This document shows, one piece after another, positions 61,371 to 64,000 of a stretch of DNA of 64,000 nucleotides (the first letter of the stretch is position 1; each line of letters opens with the position of its first letter). Made by a program: the position numbers and the translations under genes. The DNA comes from an uncultured delta proteobacterium (GTDB lineage Bacteria; Desulfobacterota; Binatia; UBA9968), in assembly GCA_963728565.1 (NCBI GenBank), contig CAVSLC010000001.1, positions 64,001-128,000 on the forward strand. The letters run 5' to 3'. The notes beneath the pieces were generated by a model, which made no database searches, was not told the DNA's origin, and saw only the letters and a program-made list of their open reading frames with translations.

Positions 61371-62159
61371 ATGGCTGCACAAGCATTTTTTACGGAACAC
61401 CGGCGGCTGTGGCTCGCACTCTGCTCCGTCCTATTCGTGATCGCATCATGGGAATTGGTTTTGACGTACCTCTTCCCGGTAGATCCATTCTTTTTTACCA
61501 AGCCTTCGCTGATCGGCGCGGCCTTCAAAGAGCAAATCCAAGGGAGCAAACTCTGGCACGACCTCGCGGTAAGCAGCCAGGCTTTCCTCTGGGGCTTCAC
61601 CTTCGCCGTGTTCGTCGGCATTCCTCTTGGCCTGGTCATGGGGTGGCGCAGAAGAGTCGAATACTCTCTGGACCCTTTCTTGACCGCGCTTTACGCTAGC
61701 CCGCTGGTTGCTCTAGCGCCGTTGTTCATTATCGTTTTTGGCGTTGGCGTGCTCGGTAAGGCAGCGCTGGTTTTCTTACTCGCGGTTTTTCCATTCATCT
61801 TCAATACATTTGCCGGCGTCAAATCGACGGACGCGCTGTTAATCAATGTTATTCGATCCTTCGGCGGGAGTGAGAAGGATCTTTACCTTAAGGTCATTCT
61901 GCCAAGCACGATGCCCTACATTATCGCTGGCGCCCGCCTTGCCATTGGCCGAGGGTTGGTCGGTATCATTGTCGGGGAATTCTATGCCGCTTCCGAAGGA
62001 ATCGGTTTCGCCATTTCCCAAGCCGGCGATACCTACCGTCTCCCTGACATGTTCGTCGGCATTATCATTCTGTCGCTGATTGCGATCATTCTGACCGAGC
62101 TGATGCGCAGGCTCGAGCTCACGGTTGCGCCCTGGCGCGCGAGCGACGAGGTACGCTGA
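61371..62159 (+). CDS. NitT/TauT family ABC permease
   Basis: TM helices; RSFGGS..KVILP; GIGF motif. Confidence 0.93.
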   Translation: MAAQAFFTEHRRLWLALCSVLFVIASWELVLTYLFPVDPFFFTKPSLIGAAFKEQIQGSKLWHDLAVSSQAFLWGFTFAVFVGIPLGLVMGWRRRVEYSLDPFLTALYASPLVALAPLFIIVFGVGVLGKAALVFLLAVFPFIFNTFAGVKSTDALLINVIRSFGGSEKDLYLKVILPSTMPYIIAGARLAIGRGLVGIIVGEFYAASEGIGFAISQAGDTYRLPDMFVGIIILSLIAIILTELMRRLELTVAPWRASDEVR

Positions 62160-62956
62160 TGAAACCAGCAAAATTTTTTGCAGAGCACGAATCTTTGATA
62201 TTCGGCCTCGGTTTTATCGTCCTATTACTGGTCGTATGGGAAAGCATTCCGCTCTGGTACACCCTGCCAAAGGGAATGGCGCTCTTCTTCACCACGCCCT
62301 CAAGAATCGCCGCGGCATTTTATGAATTGCTTCTCGACGGGACCATCGAGAAACACTTTTACATCAGCGCAGTCGCCTTTCTGGCGGGACTGGGCTTGTC
62401 CATAATTGTCGGGCTGCCGTTGGGGCTCGTCATGGGCAGGTCAGCGACTCTCGAGCATTTACTGGATCCCTACGTGACCGCAGCCAATGCCACCCCTAGG
62501 ATCGTCTTCTTGCCACTATTGATTCTCTGGTTCGGGATCGGCATTTGGTCGAAGATCTTGATTGTCTTTGCGGGCGCAGTCTTTCCGTTGCTCATCAATA
62601 CCTATGTTGGCGTAAAAAACGTCAACAGAGTTCTGGTGAATGTCGTGAGATCGTTTGGCGCTAATGAGTGGCAAGTGATGAAAATCGTCGTGTTGCCGAA
62701 TTCGGTGCCTTACATCATCGCTGGGCTGAGGCTGGCCATCGGCAGAGCGATCCTCGGGGTCGTGGTCGGAGAGTTTTTTGGCTCGAGCCACGGATTGGGT
62801 TACATGATCGCTTCCGCCGCTACCAACTACAAGGTAGACGTCGTCTTCGTCGGCGTTGCGATCTTTATGGCGCTCTCTGTCGTCCTAACTCTCGCCGTCA
62901 AGCAACTGGAGTCCCGCCTGGCCAGCTGGCGTCCTGAAGCGGCAAAGAGCTTCTAG
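62159..62956 (+). CDS. NitT/TauT family ABC permease (second paralogue)
   Basis: TGATG coupling to the previous gene; RSFGAN..VVLP; GLGY motif. Confidence 0.93.
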   Translation: MKPAKFFAEHESLIFGLGFIVLLLVVWESIPLWYTLPKGMALFFTTPSRIAAAFYELLLDGTIEKHFYISAVAFLAGLGLSIIVGLPLGLVMGRSATLEHLLDPYVTAANATPRIVFLPLLILWFGIGIWSKILIVFAGAVFPLLINTYVGVKNVNRVLVNVVRSFGANEWQVMKIVVLPNSVPYIIAGLRLAIGRAILGVVVGEFFGSSHGLGYMIASAATNYKVDVVFVGVAIFMALSVVLTLAVKQLESRLASWRPEAAKSF

Positions 62957-62989
62957 AGCTACCGCCTCTTTGGTGCTCACTCACGTGGG

Positions 62990-64000
62990 TCACTTCCCTC
63001 CCGGCTTGCGCCCCATTTCCTTGAGAACTTCATTAACGATGCTACGATCAACGAACTGATTTAGATCCGGCAGCGGTTTGCCCTGCGGCCAGCCGAGTTC
63101 GGGGGTGGTTCGGGACTCAAAAAGATCTTGGATCAGGTCAGGCGGCATTTCGGGGCTGTACTTGTCGTATACCTGACTATAAATGCTTTCGACCAATTTG
63201 GGATCTTTGATTTCAAAATATTTCTCGATCACCTCCATCGTCCCTTTCTTGTTGGTCCTTATGTAATCCTCGGCTTTGATGATACCCCGGGTGAAGCGCT
63301 TGACGACGTCACGTTTCTCTTTGATGAAATCTCGATGAGTGAGAAATGTCCCGCCCAAACGCGGAATATAGTCACCGGTTCGCATAAGAATCTTCATGCC
63401 CTCTTTTTCCGCTCGCGCCGCGTGTGGAAATGACAGCACACCGCCCTGAATCGAGCCTTGAATGAGGGCCGCAATGCGGTCGGGCTCGCCCGTGAAGCTG
63501 ATCACTCGGTAATCTTTGCCGGGCTGCATTTTGAAGTGCTTACCGAGAGTGACGACAATTTCGCTGTAATCAGCGGAGCCGGGGCGACCCAGGCCCAAGG
63601 TTTTGCCGCGAAGATCCTCGACCCGCTTGATGTCCGGCGTCGTCGTTAACGTCCACTGTGAGATCAAAGATTCTCCCACGAAAAATACCAAGGGCGCGCC
63701 TTTGAGCATCGCTTCCGAACCCCCGCCGGGAATCGGCGTGAACTCGATCTCTTTGGCAATGGTCGCCCTGACCAGCACACCCGCGGTCGCAGCGATGAAA
63801 CTGGCGTCCAATCCCTCGGCCTTCAAAAGGCCTTTATCAATGGCGACGTAGGATGGGATGTGAAAGCCACTTCCACCGACAGTCCTGCCGACTTTGACCG
63901 ATTGCGCGAAGATGGTCGTATGCCCGGCAACTATCGTAACCGTCACGGCTGCGAGAGTGGCGAAGAAATTTTTCCTACAAATCACCTTACGCAGATCCAT
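62990..64000 (-). CDS. NitT/TauT family ABC substrate-binding protein (start at window edge)
   Basis: Signal peptide; YVAIDKG..AEGL, DLRGKTLG, FVDRSIV. Confidence 0.88.
   Translation of the reverse strand: MDLRKVICRKNFFATLAAVTVTIVAGHTTIFAQSVKVGRTVGGSGFHIPSYVAIDKGLLKAEGLDASFIAATAGVLVRATIAKEIEFTPIPGGGSEAMLKGAPLVFFVGESLISQWTLTTTPDIKRVEDLRGKTLGLGRPGSADYSEIVVTLGKHFKMQPGKDYRVISFTGEPDRIAALIQGSIQGGVLSFPHAARAEKEGMKILMRTGDYIPRLGGTFLTHRDFIKEKRDVVKRFTRGIIKAEDYIRTNKKGTMEVIEKYFEIKDPKLVESIYSQVYDKYSPEMPPDLIQDLFESRTTPELGWPQGKPLPDLNQFVDRSIVNEVLKEMGRKPGGK

Overview
Bacterial chromosomal segment of moderate GC, probably from a metagenome/long-read assembly. The many orphan substrate-binding proteins, Mo-hydroxylases and a UbiD suggest a Binatia/deltaproteobacteria-like organism (inference only). 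The window opens with a 2[4Fe-4S] ferredoxin fused to a membrane segment and a possible Hsp20-like domain; it is not in the ORF track because it runs off the edge. Next is tRNA-Cys(GCA) carrying a ~7.2 kb decayed integrative element (att duplication 1413-1448 / 8582-8617) with a tyrosine integrase, HTH regulators with tandem operator-like sites, iteron-like repeats and a repeat-protein/SBP chimera. Housekeeping genes follow (grxC, coaE, efp, a Glu dehydrogenase, HIT, two Rieske ferredoxins, CysQ-like, pncA, sfsA). A GntR-centred divergent catabolic locus holds ABC genes, a UbiD decarboxylase and an SDR on one side, and a cyclic amidohydrolase and three-subunit Mo-hydroxylase on the other, with a perfect 28-bp palindrome between them. 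The right half has atypical signalling proteins, an APC-USP transporter, the queA-tgt-yajC-secD-secF-recJ-SBP-yhhQ run, nfeD/slipin, udg, coaBC, mlaA, an RluA-family synthase, manC, trmI, a VOC protein and a NitT/TauT ABC system. About a dozen single-base frameshifts, including in coaBC, look like sequencing indels.
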